64,000 bases of DNA from an uncultured bacterium (GCA_963716985.1 OY970323.1:768001-832000); one strand, 5' to 3'. Numbered from the stretch's first letter, positions 1 through 10,046 are shown. The notes: a model not told the origin generated them from the sequence alone. Program-made: numbers and translations.

Positions 1-78
1 AATCCCTCTTCGAGACCAAGCGTTCGCTTGTCAAAAAAATGAGAAAGAGCGGTTAAGATCGCCTTTCTTGATTAATGA

Positions 79-447
79 TTAGGTTTTTGCCTTTTTGATC
101 AAGCTGATCGCCACGATCCCCGCGCCAAGAATAACAGCAGCAATTCCTCCCACATAGAGCCTATGGGCCATTTGTTCATAGGATTGGACCTGCTGCTCTC
201 CTTCCTTTATTTTTTCCTGGCCCGCGTCAGTGACTTGCTTGCCCACTTCTTTTGCAACGGGGTTGAGTGAAAAGAGAGTGTTTGCCTGATTGATCTGCTT
301 TTGCGCCTTGGAAATTTTGTTCTTTCCGGCATGGACTTGTTCGGTTATGTAATTGGAAAAAAGATACATAGATATACCGGCTATAAGAATGATGATTCCT
401 AAAATTCTTTTCAAATTCATGGCCTCTCCTGTAAAGCTTGCACTCAT
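79..447 (-). CDS. Hypothetical membrane protein (two TM helices flanking a coiled region)
   Basis: 122-aa ORF with hydrophobic segments ILGIIILIAGISMYLF and LYVGGIAAVILGAGIVAISLI; start probably at MNLKR. Confidence 0.7.
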   Translation of the reverse strand: MSASFTGEAMNLKRILGIIILIAGISMYLFSNYITEQVHAGKNKISKAQKQINQANTLFSLNPVAKEVGKQVTDAGQEKIKEGEQQVQSYEQMAHRLYVGGIAAVILGAGIVAISLIKKAKT

Positions 448-659
448 TTCTTTATTTATCGAAGGAGTGTTAAAAAGTAAAGCGATCGCTGGTTTTTGAG
501 CAGATTTTTTTGGCCATTTTCACAATTTCGTCACTTGATGTCTTGGTACCCATCCCATTCTGTCCTCGAGACTTGCGAGCTCGGAATGATGGTTGATGAC
601 GAAATGATGAAAGAGGCCCAATGAGACGATGGTGCTTTCTTTCAGACGAAATGAAGGAT

Positions 660-956
660 CTACTGGCTTTCAAGAAACTGGGAAAGTAATTTTTTTCCCT
701 TTTCCAGAGAGAGATCGGTGAGTAGGATTCGTTTCAGCCGGGAGGTGTGTCCTTTGAGGACATGGACACTCGATTTAGGAAGTGCAAAGACAGAGGCAAG
801 AAGCTCGACCAACTCCTCGTTTGCCCGGTTTTTTTCCGGGGCTGCGTGAAGTCTAATTTTGAGATGATCCCTCTCCCATCCGAGGATCTTTTTTTGTTGG
901 GAATGGGGTGTTATTTTTACTAAAAATTCAACCCCGCGATTGGTTGCTTGCAGCAT
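660..956 (-). CDS. yggU: DUF167/UPF0235 (YggU-like) protein
   Basis: Motifs VKITPHS, LKIRLHAAPEKNRANEELVELLA, KGHTSRLK; start refined to ATG at 956 within ORF 660..1139. Confidence 0.85.
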   Translation of the reverse strand: MLQATNRGVEFLVKITPHSQQKKILGWERDHLKIRLHAAPEKNRANEELVELLASVFALPKSSVHVLKGHTSRLKRILLTDLSLEKGKKLLSQFLESQ

Positions 957-961
957 AATCT

Positions 962-991
962 TTGACACAACTGTTTTTCTTATGATATACT
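962..991 (+). promoter_or_regulatory. Sigma70/sigma66-type promoter for the tyrP leader
   Basis: TTGACA (962-967), 18-bp spacer, TG-n-TATACT (986-991). Confidence 0.6.
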
Positions 992-1015
992 TTAGAAAAT
1001 TTTTTGAGTAAAAAC

Positions 1016-1095
1016 ATGGATTTATTTTCTTTTTCCTTTTGGGCTCATTATCATCCCCGGTAGGGGGCCGTTCTTTTTTTCTTCTCTCTTTTCGA
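1016..1095 (+). promoter_or_regulatory. Aromatic-residue-rich leader peptide (MDLFSFSFWAHYHPR*) with hairpin and U-tract: putative attenuator
   Basis: ATG 1016 to TAG 1063 with 3 Phe, Trp, Tyr, 2 His; CCCC-GGTA-GGGG hairpin followed by TTCTTTTTTT, directly upstream of the permease. Confidence 0.65.
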
Positions 1096-1121
1096 TCATT
1101 TTTAACAATTAGGAAAAAGCA

Positions 1122-2312
1122 ATGAAAAACATGCAACAAATTATCAGTTCTTCTCTCTTGATTGCCGGATGTGCAATCGGAGCGGGAATGCTTGGCATTC
1201 CTTTGATTACGCAGTCGGTGGGATTTGTTCCTGCCATGGCCATCACCTCGGCTGTTTGGCTTTTCATGATGATGACGGGCTTATTATTTCTCGAAGCCAC
1301 TCTTTGGATGCCGCCGGGCGCCAACATTCTTTCTATGACCCACCGTTTTTTGGGAAGAGGAGGAAAGATCCTGAGCGGCGCGACATTTCTCTTTCTTTAT
1401 TACTGCTTGATGGTGGCCTATTTTTCTGCAGGCTCGCCCCTTTTAGGCTCTTTTTTAACGATGGTCACAGGAGCTGAGCTTGGGGGATTCTCTTTGAATC
1501 TTTTCTATGGCGCGCTTTTTGCATTTCTTGTGGGGGCCGGGTTGAAATGGATCGATCGGGCCAACTATGTTCTCATGCTTGGCCTGATCGCTTCTTATGT
1601 GGGCCTTATCGTTGTAGGATCTCCTGCCGTAGAAACAAAAAGGCTGATGGGACAAAACTGGTCGCAAATCTTATGGGCGACTCCCATCCTATTTTCTGCT
1701 TTTGGCTATCACAATGTGATTCCCTCTCTAACGACCCACTTTGAGAGCAAGGGAAGGGTGATGCGCCTTTCGATCTTTTTCGGAACGTTGTTGACCCTGG
1801 TTGTCTATGCTCTCTGGCAATGGCTGATCATCGGCTCCGTTCCGGAAGAGCTCCTCAAAGAATCTCTCCAAAAAGGAGAGCCGGTGACCTTTGCGCTTGT
1901 GAGACTAACAGGCCATCGCTGGATCGTAAGTCTTGGCAGCGCATTTAGTTTTTTTGCCATCGTGACTTCGATGCTTGGGGTCTCTTTTTCACTGGTCGAT
2001 TTTTTGGGAGACGGGCTCAAAATGAGAAGAAAAGGAATGCATCGCTGGATTTTGTGCGCTGCCACTTACATCCCCCCATTGATCGTGACCTCCTTGAACC
2101 CTTCGCTGTTTCTTTTGGCGATCGGTATTGCGGGGGGTTTTGGAGAAGCCTTTTTGAATGGCATCCTGCCTGTTTGGCTTGTTTGGCAGGGGCGCTACAA
2201 ACAAAAATTGGCCTCTGAAGTTCGTTTGGGAGGAAAGGCTTTTTTATTGTTTCTCTTGATCGCGGGAGCGGTTGTGATGGTGGTAGAATTTTTTGCTCTT
2301 CTGCATTTTTAA
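1122..2312 (+). CDS. tyrP: Aromatic amino acid permease, TyrP/Mtr (HAAAP) family
   Basis: LIAGCAIGAGMLGIP N-terminal motif, FGYHNVIPSL, AIVTSMLGVS; about 11 TM helices. Confidence 0.85.
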   Translation: MKNMQQIISSSLLIAGCAIGAGMLGIPLITQSVGFVPAMAITSAVWLFMMMTGLLFLEATLWMPPGANILSMTHRFLGRGGKILSGATFLFLYYCLMVAYFSAGSPLLGSFLTMVTGAELGGFSLNLFYGALFAFLVGAGLKWIDRANYVLMLGLIASYVGLIVVGSPAVETKRLMGQNWSQILWATPILFSAFGYHNVIPSLTTHFESKGRVMRLSIFFGTLLTLVVYALWQWLIIGSVPEELLKESLQKGEPVTFALVRLTGHRWIVSLGSAFSFFAIVTSMLGVSFSLVDFLGDGLKMRRKGMHRWILCAATYIPPLIVTSLNPSLFLLAIGIAGGFGEAFLNGILPVWLVWQGRYKQKLASEVRLGGKAFLLFLLIAGAVVMVVEFFALLHF

Positions 2313-3664
2313 GGCTTTCTACTTTCCGGAGAGAAAAAGAGGGTCACTCGGCCCTCTTTGTCGATCTGATAGGCGGCTTGATTCAAATCGAGCGGGTGTT
2401 CGTTTGCAAATTGCGATGCTTTCTGAAAATCGAGGGAGATCTTTGGATCCAATAGACCGAGCTCTACTCTCTCGTATGCATCTTTGAGAATTTGCGCCAG
2501 AAGAGGGAGCGCAAGGCCTACGGTATTTTTCAACTTTTCTTTTGTGGTGGATCCGGAAGAGGGACTGTTGAACACGTTCATGAGAAAATGCGACAAGCAG
2601 GTGGGTGCGGCTTGCAATGCTTTTTTTTCCTGGAATTGCAAAAGGATCGATTCTCTTTGGGCATAAGAAAGCCCGTGAAAGGCTTCTTTTAAAAGAGCTC
2701 CTTCATGAGGGGAAAAAAGGCGCAAGAGAGCGGCAATGCGGACGAAGGAATAATCGGAGGATTTTTTGAGCTCCAGGTGGAGCTGGTTTGTTCTTTTCTC
2801 GATGCAATAAAAGTAGGCGTCCTCCTCTTGTTTTTTGGGAAGTAGAAGCAAACGGCAGCTTTCTCGAGTGGTTTGGAATGCAAGATAGGCCTCTTCCGTA
2901 AGCGCGAGGGAAGAAGAGGTGTCGAAATGGGCGAGTCCTCCTGCAAGGGTGCAGAGATAGACCAGGAGGCTGAAATCAAACGAGAGACATCCGTTTTTTT
3001 GCGAAGAGAGCTTTTCTTTGATGGACCGGAACATCTCTTTGCCCCCTTCCAGGTAAAAGATCGGGCCAAAATTGCCAAAGTGGGCAGAGGCGGAAAAAAA
3101 CTCGCTCTCCTCTTCGGAAAAGAGAGAAAATGAGGGGAAAAGCGTAGGCTTTTGCCGACATGCGGAAAGAAATGCTTTTGGGAAGCTATCGGAGGCGTTT
3201 ATACCAAAAGATGCGCGGAATTTTTCACTTTTTTCCAGGCCTTGCAGCAAAAGCGCTTTTTCGAACAGGGATTGCATTGTAGCTTTCGACAATTTTGGAT
3301 GGCCTTGAAGGATTTGAAGAGATAGCCGATGGAGGGCTAAAAAGTTCTCTTTTTGCAGGCAAAAAGAGGCAGGCTGGCCATGCGTCATCGCTTCATAGGA
3401 TCTGTCGCTTCCCTCTATTATCCACTCAAAACATCTGAGCGACAACAAGATCTGGCCCCATTCGACGCATTCTTGGGAAAGGTTTTCTTCTTTGGGCAAG
3501 GAGCTTTCAGTTCCCTTGAGAAACAAGAGTTCGGGCATCTTCTGAAAATAGGAACAGGTGTTTGTCGTTTGCTCTGCAGCCGGTGGTGTTTTCTCAATCG
3601 GAAGAGGAAGCGTGCAAAGCGTTAAAAAAAGAAACATGGCCGACTTCCTATTTGCTAAAGCCAT
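2309..3664 (-). CDS. Hypothetical protein
   Basis: 451-aa open frame with possible N-terminal signal; no family recognised. Confidence 0.65.
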   Translation of the reverse strand: MALANRKSAMFLFLTLCTLPLPIEKTPPAAEQTTNTCSYFQKMPELLFLKGTESSLPKEENLSQECVEWGQILLSLRCFEWIIEGSDRSYEAMTHGQPASFCLQKENFLALHRLSLQILQGHPKLSKATMQSLFEKALLLQGLEKSEKFRASFGINASDSFPKAFLSACRQKPTLFPSFSLFSEEESEFFSASAHFGNFGPIFYLEGGKEMFRSIKEKLSSQKNGCLSFDFSLLVYLCTLAGGLAHFDTSSSLALTEEAYLAFQTTRESCRLLLLPKKQEEDAYFYCIEKRTNQLHLELKKSSDYSFVRIAALLRLFSPHEGALLKEAFHGLSYAQRESILLQFQEKKALQAAPTCLSHFLMNVFNSPSSGSTTKEKLKNTVGLALPLLAQILKDAYERVELGLLDPKISLDFQKASQFANEHPLDLNQAAYQIDKEGRVTLFFSPESRKP

Positions 3665-3771
3665 TGTAGAAAAGAGTTTTTTTTTGTCGAAGAGAAGTTT
3701 TTGAAAAAATTTTATAGGAGGAAAGTTGTCTTAAGGTTATTTTAAGAAAAAAAGAGAAAAAGGTAGATGCC

Positions 3772-4119
3772 ATGGACCATCTGGAAAATTACGGACATAT
3801 TCTAGGACAAAATCCCCACAAGTATTTTCATAACCTATGTATTGAATTTAAAAAGATCCTGCAGAAATCCAAAGATCCCGCTCTATTGGAAATTGAAATG
3901 GAAAAATTGATCAATGCAAGTAAGCAGATGAAGTGGAAGACAGAAAAAAAAGAAATCTGGAAAAAGGACGAAGGGGAAAAAGTCCTTTGTAAGGTTTGGA
4001 ATGAATTTTCTCGTTACATGCAAGAGCTCAAGAAAAATCCCAAAAATGCGGTGGCCAAAGACCTGATGGACTCCCTTTGGGAAGTGGAGCGTTTGCTTGC
4101 GAGTTTAAAGGTTGTTTGA
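3772..4119 (+). CDS. Hypothetical helical protein
   Basis: 115-aa ORF with AAGGT RBS-like sequence, upstream of hcp. Confidence 0.6.
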   Translation: MDHLENYGHILGQNPHKYFHNLCIEFKKILQKSKDPALLEIEMEKLINASKQMKWKTEKKEIWKKDEGEKVLCKVWNEFSRYMQELKKNPKNAVAKDLMDSLWEVERLLASLKVV

Positions 4120-4145
4120 GTCTTTTTGAACAAATGGAGTTCTCT

Positions 4146-5777
4146 ATGTTTTGCTATCAGTGTGAACAGGCGTTTGAAGGAAAAGGATGCAGGGTTTCGG
4201 GAGTTTGCGGCAAAGATCCCACAACCGCAGCGCTGCAAGATCTTTTAGTCTATGCCGTAAAAGGGGTCGCGCAATATGCCCATCGAGCCGCTGCATTTCG
4301 GATTCGAGACATAGAGGTGGATAATTTCATCATTCAGGCGCTCTTTGCAACTGTTACCAATGTGGATTTCGACCCCAGAAGAATTGCTGATTTGATTATG
4401 CAAGCGGCCCGGATGAGAAAGAAGATCGAATCTTTGTACAAAGAAGGGGCTCCAATTGCCGAAAAACTCGTGGGGCCGGCAGCCCTTGAAGTGAAGGACT
4501 CGATCGATGCAATGCTCGATCTTGCCAAGGAGATTTCTATCCCCAAAAGAGAAGAAAAGTGGGGAAGCGAGTTTTCTGCGCTTGCGGAGCTGATTACCTA
4601 TGGCTTGAAGGGGGCGTGCTCCTATTTGCATCATGCCCTGATCTTCGGAAGAAGAGACATTCATGCCTATGCGATCCTTTGCGAAGCGCTCGATTTCCTT
4701 AGCTCCGAGCAGTTCACGCAAGCAAATCTTATGTCCTGGGTCTTCAAAACGGGGGATCTCAATTATCGCGCCATGGAGCTTTTAGATCGCTCCCACGTTG
4801 AGAGCTACGGTCATCAAAGACCGACCTCCGTCCGCATCACTCCCGTAAAGGGAAAGGCCATTGTCATCTCCGGCCACGACATGAAAGATCTCGAAGATCT
4901 TTTGAAACAGACGGAAGGCAGAGGCATTAATATCTATACTCATGGAGAGATGCTTCCTGGCCACGCCTATCCAACGTTAAAAAAATATTCTCATCTCGTC
5001 GGTAACTATGGAGGCGCTTGGCAAAATCAGCACAAGGAATTTTCCGAGTTTCCGGGATCGATTCTCATGACGACCAACTGCTTGCAAAGGCCGCAACAGG
5101 TATATCATGATCGTATTTTTACAAAAGGACTTGTGGGTTGGTCTGGCGTGCGTCATATTCCTGATGGAAATCTGTCCCCTTTGATTGAATCGGCGTTAAA
5201 ACAAAAAGGGTTTGAAAAAGAGGAAAAGCCGGAGTTTATCACCATCGGATATGCAAGAGGGAGTGTCCTATCCTCCCTCGATCGCATTGCCTCCCTTATA
5301 CAATCGAAGAAGATTCGCCATTTTTTCATGATCGGCGGATGCGACGGCGCCAAAATGGGGCGAAGCTATTATACCGACTTTGCCAAGTTAGTGCCAAAAG
5401 ACTGTATGATTTTCACACTCGCCTGCGGAAAATATCGTTTCAATAAACTCGCATTTGGAAAAATAGAAGAGTTTCCCCGTCTTCTAGACGTAGGTCAATG
5501 CAACGATGCCTATTCTGCACTGCAAATTGCAAGTGCGCTTGCGGCCAGGCTCAAGTGCAGCCTCAATGAGCTCCCTCTTTCCTTTATCTTTTCCTGGTAT
5601 GAACAGAAAGCGGTCGCGATTCTTTTGACTCTTTTGAGTCTCGGCATTCGCAATATTCGCTTGGGGCCCTCGCTTCCCGCCTTCATGACTCCGAGCCTAT
5701 TGAAGCTCTTGCATGAGAAGTTTCAGATAACGCCGATTACAACAGCAGAGGCGGATCTTCGCTCGATTTTGAAATGA
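4146..5777 (+). CDS. hcp: Hybrid cluster protein / hydroxylamine reductase
   Basis: MFCYQCEQ...GC...GVCGK N-terminus, SGHD, YTHGEMLPGH, TTNC, GGCDG, LACGKYRFN, DVGQCNDAYS, SWYEQKAV. Confidence 0.97.
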   Translation: MFCYQCEQAFEGKGCRVSGVCGKDPTTAALQDLLVYAVKGVAQYAHRAAAFRIRDIEVDNFIIQALFATVTNVDFDPRRIADLIMQAARMRKKIESLYKEGAPIAEKLVGPAALEVKDSIDAMLDLAKEISIPKREEKWGSEFSALAELITYGLKGACSYLHHALIFGRRDIHAYAILCEALDFLSSEQFTQANLMSWVFKTGDLNYRAMELLDRSHVESYGHQRPTSVRITPVKGKAIVISGHDMKDLEDLLKQTEGRGINIYTHGEMLPGHAYPTLKKYSHLVGNYGGAWQNQHKEFSEFPGSILMTTNCLQRPQQVYHDRIFTKGLVGWSGVRHIPDGNLSPLIESALKQKGFEKEEKPEFITIGYARGSVLSSLDRIASLIQSKKIRHFFMIGGCDGAKMGRSYYTDFAKLVPKDCMIFTLACGKYRFNKLAFGKIEEFPRLLDVGQCNDAYSALQIASALAARLKCSLNELPLSFIFSWYEQKAVAILLTLLSLGIRNIRLGPSLPAFMTPSLLKLLHEKFQITPITTAEADLRSILK

Positions 5778-5842
5778 TCAGAGAAGTTTTTGCTTTTCTT
5801 TGCCTCAAAGAGATATAGTTCCTCATGACTTTTGGAGTTTTT

Positions 5843-7378
5843 ATGCAACTGATCCTGGATGAATATTTTCAAAAAGCGCTCTCTTTTTTAGAACAATCGC
5901 AAGAGAGTCTTTTCTTGACGGGAAGGGCCGGGACCGGAAAGTCCACCCTTCTTTCCTATTTTATCGAGAAGACAAAAAAAAATATCGTGGTCCTGGCCCC
6001 GACGGGGGTCGCAGCTCTGAATGTAAAGGGAGAAACGATCCACTCCTTTTTTCATTTCAAGCCCGGGGTGACATCTGAAGATGCGAAAAGGGAGGCAAAA
6101 AAGATCAAAAAGGTAGGTTTTTATCGATCGATTGAGATCATCATCATTGATGAAATTTCGATGGTCAGGGCCGACCTTCTCGATTGCGCGGATATCTTTT
6201 TAAAGACCCTCTTTTCGAGCAAAAAACCCTTTGGAGGCATACGCATGGTCTTCATAGGCGATCTCTACCAGCTTCCTCCACCTGTTTCAAAGGAAGATCG
6301 TGAATATTTTGAGGAGTTTTATGAAACTCCCTATTTCTTTTCTGCCCAAGTGATGAAGGATCGCTCCTTTTGTCCGCATTTTATCGAGCTGGAAAAGATT
6401 TATCGACAGAGCGATGAGACCTTCATCTCCCTCCTCAACAGCATTCGTAAAAATTCTCTTTCCGAAGAAGAACTGACCCTTCTAAACAAGCGCTTTCTTC
6501 TGCCCGAAAAGGACGACGGGTGTCTCTATTTGACCACCACCAACGCACAGGCAACCAAAATCAACGAAGAAAAATTATGCGCTTTAAAGGGCAAGCTCTA
6601 TGAATATGTTGCAGATATAGAAGGGAATTTCGATGCAAAAGCATTGCCGACCGATTGCTCTCTTAAGCTAAAGGTGGGTGCGCAGGTGATCTTTTTGACC
6701 AATCAGAGCGAAGGTCTTTGGGTCAATGGAACCATTGGAAAAGTGATGGGCATCGACCAAGATCGGATTTTTGTCGAAACGGAAGGGGGGAAAGAGGTCC
6801 AAGTCAAACGATTCAACTGGACGCTTTACAAATATGAGTTTGATGCAAAATCAAAAAAGATGTTCCAGGAAGAGGCGGGATCTTTTCATCAATATCCCTT
6901 AAAACTTGCCTGGGCGCTGACCATTCACAAAGCGCAAGGAAAAAGCTTTGACAAGGTCATTCTGGATTTAGAGAGGGGCTCTTTTGCCCACGGCCAGACC
7001 TATGTCGCGCTCAGCCGCTGTCGAACGATGGAGGGGCTCTTTTTAAAAAAACCGCTGCAAAGGGGGCATATCCTTATGGATCTGCGAGTGGTGAAGTTTT
7101 TGACGCAGTATCAGTATGCACGTGCGGAAGAGATCTGCTCGACGGAGGAAAAAGTCGCTCTCATTCAACAAGCCATCCAAGAAAAAAAATTCCTTCAGAT
7201 GGTCTATTTGAAAAGCGACGATCAAAAATCCTTTCGAAAAATTCTTCCCCATTTTGTAGGCGATATGGAGTATCAAAACAAAAAATATCTAGGCATGGAA
7301 GCCTTTTGTTCCGAGCGAAATGAAAATCGCGTTTTTCGGATCGATCGCATTTTGGAATTAACTATTGCCGGAACTTAA
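5843..7378 (+). CDS. PIF1/RecD-like SF1B helicase with C-terminal WYL domain
   Basis: TGRAGTGKST, APTGVAA, DEISMVR, GDLYQLPP, LAWALTIHKAQGKSFD, YVALSR; C-terminal AFC..RNENRVFRIDRI is WYL-like. Confidence 0.9.
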   Translation: MQLILDEYFQKALSFLEQSQESLFLTGRAGTGKSTLLSYFIEKTKKNIVVLAPTGVAALNVKGETIHSFFHFKPGVTSEDAKREAKKIKKVGFYRSIEIIIIDEISMVRADLLDCADIFLKTLFSSKKPFGGIRMVFIGDLYQLPPPVSKEDREYFEEFYETPYFFSAQVMKDRSFCPHFIELEKIYRQSDETFISLLNSIRKNSLSEEELTLLNKRFLLPEKDDGCLYLTTTNAQATKINEEKLCALKGKLYEYVADIEGNFDAKALPTDCSLKLKVGAQVIFLTNQSEGLWVNGTIGKVMGIDQDRIFVETEGGKEVQVKRFNWTLYKYEFDAKSKKMFQEEAGSFHQYPLKLAWALTIHKAQGKSFDKVILDLERGSFAHGQTYVALSRCRTMEGLFLKKPLQRGHILMDLRVVKFLTQYQYARAEEICSTEEKVALIQQAIQEKKFLQMVYLKSDDQKSFRKILPHFVGDMEYQNKKYLGMEAFCSERNENRVFRIDRILELTIAGT

Positions 7379-7386
7379 AAGAGTTT

Positions 7387-9141
7387 TTAGCGCACGTTTT
7401 TTTGTTTCTTGAGATAGGCCTGTATTTTAGCTACTTTAAGCGTGTTGAGGACATCCTCTTTTCGAAGCCATCCTTTTCGAGCAATTTTAACGCCGCTTTG
7501 AACGAATGCAAGATCCTCGGTAGAGTGCGCATCGGGGTTGATCATTGTTTTTAGCCCCTTGTCTCTTGCTTTATGCCAGAGGCGCCAGTCCATATCGAGC
7601 CGCATCGGGTGGCCATTGAGTTCGATGATTTTTCCATTGGCGATGCAGGCATCGATGATTTTGGCCGCGTTGATCTGATAGGGCTCTCTTTCCAATAAGA
7701 GCCTGCCTGTCAAATGGCCGACGATGGTGGAATAGGGATTCTCAATGGCTTTGATCATGCGCGCTGTCATGGTTTTTTCATCTAATTGAAAGGATCTGTG
7801 GATCGAGATGATGACAAAGTCGAGCTCTTTGAGAACATCATTTGGAAAATCAAGCTTTCCGTCATTTAAAACGTCGCACTCGATCCCGGAAAAGATGTAG
7901 GGAGAAAATTTTTTTAACCGATTGATCTTGTCGATTTTTTCGGCCTGCTCGATCAGAGACTTTTTTCGCATTCCATTGGCTTGGAAACTCGACTCGGAAT
8001 GGTCGGAGATCCCGATATACTCCCAGCCCATTTCTTCAGCGGCTTTGACCATTTCTTCCAAGGTGTTGTGGCCATCGGAGCTAGTGGTATGGCAGTGAAA
8101 AGCGCCCCGAAGATCCGTCTCTTCGACCAAACGGGGAATTTTGGCTTTTCCCGCAGCTTCTATTTCACCCATGTTTTCGCGAATCTCCGGAGGAATATAG
8201 CAAAGTCCCAAAGCTCGATAGATCGCCTTTTCTGTTGGGGCTTTTTTTAGGTTTTTAGGAAATAGGGGTCGATGGTCTTTATCCAAAGGATCTAGACCAT
8301 ATTCACTGAGAATATAGCCGCGCTCTCTTGCGCGGCGCCGCAGTTCAATATTATGCTCTTTAGATCCCGTAAAATAGAGCAGGCCAAAACCAAACTCCTT
8401 TTCGGGCAATATCCGAAGATCTACCTGGATTTCATCTTTTAATCGCACCGAGGCTTTGGTGGGCCCCTTGGCCAGAATTTTCTTGATGAAGGGCTGTTTG
8501 GTAAACCATTCCATGACTTGTAGAGGCTTAGATGATGCGACTAAAATGTCCAGATCTCCCACCGTTTCAAGCCCTCTGCGAAAACTTCCGGCAATTTCCA
8601 CTTTTTTTACATTCTTTACATGCAAAAAATCCTCGATGATCGGCCCTGCGATGGTTTGGGCATCCCACCAGAGCATCCGCTTTCCATAGATTTTGATCTT
8701 TGCAATACCATTCAATAAATTACTTTGCGTTTTTTCGCCGAACCCCGACAATTGGGCCACCTTTCCCAATTTGCAGGCTTTTGTCAGGTCCTTTACGGAC
8801 CGAATGTTGAGTTTTTCATAGAGAATTTTTACTTTTTTGGCGCCCAGTCCCGGTATGTTCAACAGCTCGAGCAGGGGAGGCGGTATGGACTTTTTTAATT
8901 TTTGATAAGCGGGAAGAGTGCCCGTTGTGACGAGCGTAGTAATTTTTTGTGCAATCCTTTGTCCGATCCCCGGGATATTTTCCAGCTTTTTTTCAGAGAC
9001 CAAGGTTTCAATATCTTCATTTAATGCTTCGACGGCCCTTGCCGCATTATGGTAGGCGCGAATTTTGAAGGGATTGTCGCCTTTGAGGGCAAGAAGCGTG
9101 CCCATTTCATCCAAAATATCTGCAATTTCATGTTTGTCCAT
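7387..9141 (-). CDS. polX: DNA polymerase X with C-terminal PHP domain
   Basis: NPFKIRAY, HhH GIG/GLG motifs, AGSFRR, GDLDIL, YFTGSKEHN, HCHTTSSDG, ISDHS, NPDAH. Confidence 0.95.
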   Translation of the reverse strand: MDKHEIADILDEMGTLLALKGDNPFKIRAYHNAARAVEALNEDIETLVSEKKLENIPGIGQRIAQKITTLVTTGTLPAYQKLKKSIPPPLLELLNIPGLGAKKVKILYEKLNIRSVKDLTKACKLGKVAQLSGFGEKTQSNLLNGIAKIKIYGKRMLWWDAQTIAGPIIEDFLHVKNVKKVEIAGSFRRGLETVGDLDILVASSKPLQVMEWFTKQPFIKKILAKGPTKASVRLKDEIQVDLRILPEKEFGFGLLYFTGSKEHNIELRRRARERGYILSEYGLDPLDKDHRPLFPKNLKKAPTEKAIYRALGLCYIPPEIRENMGEIEAAGKAKIPRLVEETDLRGAFHCHTTSSDGHNTLEEMVKAAEEMGWEYIGISDHSESSFQANGMRKKSLIEQAEKIDKINRLKKFSPYIFSGIECDVLNDGKLDFPNDVLKELDFVIISIHRSFQLDEKTMTARMIKAIENPYSTIVGHLTGRLLLEREPYQINAAKIIDACIANGKIIELNGHPMRLDMDWRLWHKARDKGLKTMINPDAHSTEDLAFVQSGVKIARKGWLRKEDVLNTLKVAKIQAYLKKQKNVR

Positions 9142-9371
9142 GAGCAACACCACGCGATGGGTCTTTTTTCTACGTATAAACGTACGTATAAACGTAAGGG
9201 CGCTCTCTCTTCAATAAAAATCAAAAATTTAGAACTGTGGAATGGAAATTTTTTTTGTTGATGATTTTCTTGGGACAGTTGTCCATCTTAAGCATTATTT
9301 GTAAAAACAAAATTTTTTTGTTAATTACAATTTCCTTTTTCTGTGTTAATTTTTTTAAAAGACAGGTCTTC

Positions 9372-9400
9372 TTGACTATATGTTTGTTATTTGCTATTCT
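9372..9400 (+). promoter_or_regulatory. Putative promoter, conserved in both duplicate copies (second at 10417-10445)
   Basis: TTGACT-17bp-TATTCT in both copies. Confidence 0.6.
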
Positions 9401-9443
9401 TATTAAGAAATAACCAAAAACCAACAATAAAAGAGGTTTTTTT

Positions 9444-10046
9444 ATGTCAAGTATAGCAAATAAACTTAACTTTTTGGGACCTCTCGCGGGTTCTTCCTGG
9501 ACAAATCCTTGGTATCGTCCATTTACGCCGCAAGCAGAAAAAGCAGGTATGTCTTATGGATTGCATGCGGCAACGGATCTTTCACGTCATGCGAACAATA
9601 TGAAAGATGGACATGTTAAAACCATGGCGAGAGTAGTTGCCTTTGCAGTCGACTGTTTCACATCGATCTTCGGCAATCCGGTTGCTCTCTTGTATAACGG
9701 TACAATTGGAGCTGCTAGAAACATGCTCATTCGTAGGGACAATAGAAAAAGTGAAAGAAAAGTCCTAGAAGCGAGAACATCTTGGAAGCCTACTTCTTAT
9801 AGAGCGTTTGCTACTTATACTGTTTTAGCCGCTGCTGGAATTGTTCTGGCTGTTGCAGCAATGAAAATGAATGCTACACACACTACACCTTCTAATAATA
9901 CTACACACACTACACCTTCTAATAATACTACACTTCCTACGCCTCCTAAGACTCTGTGTGTACCTAAAACTACATGCTCGAGACCTCATTGGTATTCATC
10001 ACTTTCTACTACCAAATGTGTAACAACTGTGTGCCCAAAAGTATAA
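9444..10046 (+). CDS. Orphan membrane protein with Thr/Pro/Asn-rich stalk and Cys-rich tail, copy 1
   Basis: TM segment around residues 121-140, 27-bp tandem repeat (THTTPSNNT x2), 4 Cys at the C-terminus; AGAGG RBS. Confidence 0.85.
   Translation: MSSIANKLNFLGPLAGSSWTNPWYRPFTPQAEKAGMSYGLHAATDLSRHANNMKDGHVKTMARVVAFAVDCFTSIFGNPVALLYNGTIGAARNMLIRRDNRKSERKVLEARTSWKPTSYRAFATYTVLAAAGIVLAVAAMKMNATHTTPSNNTTHTTPSNNTTLPTPPKTLCVPKTTCSRPHWYSSLSTTKCVTTVCPKV

Noticed and set aside
470..673. 67-aa basic ORF between yggU and the membrane protein
   Set aside because: Fits the gap and could be real, but there is no recognisable family or RBS support.
9171..9196. 12-bp tandem repeat TACGTATAAACG x2 upstream of polX
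   Set aside because: Only two copies; most simply a slippage duplication with no supporting context.
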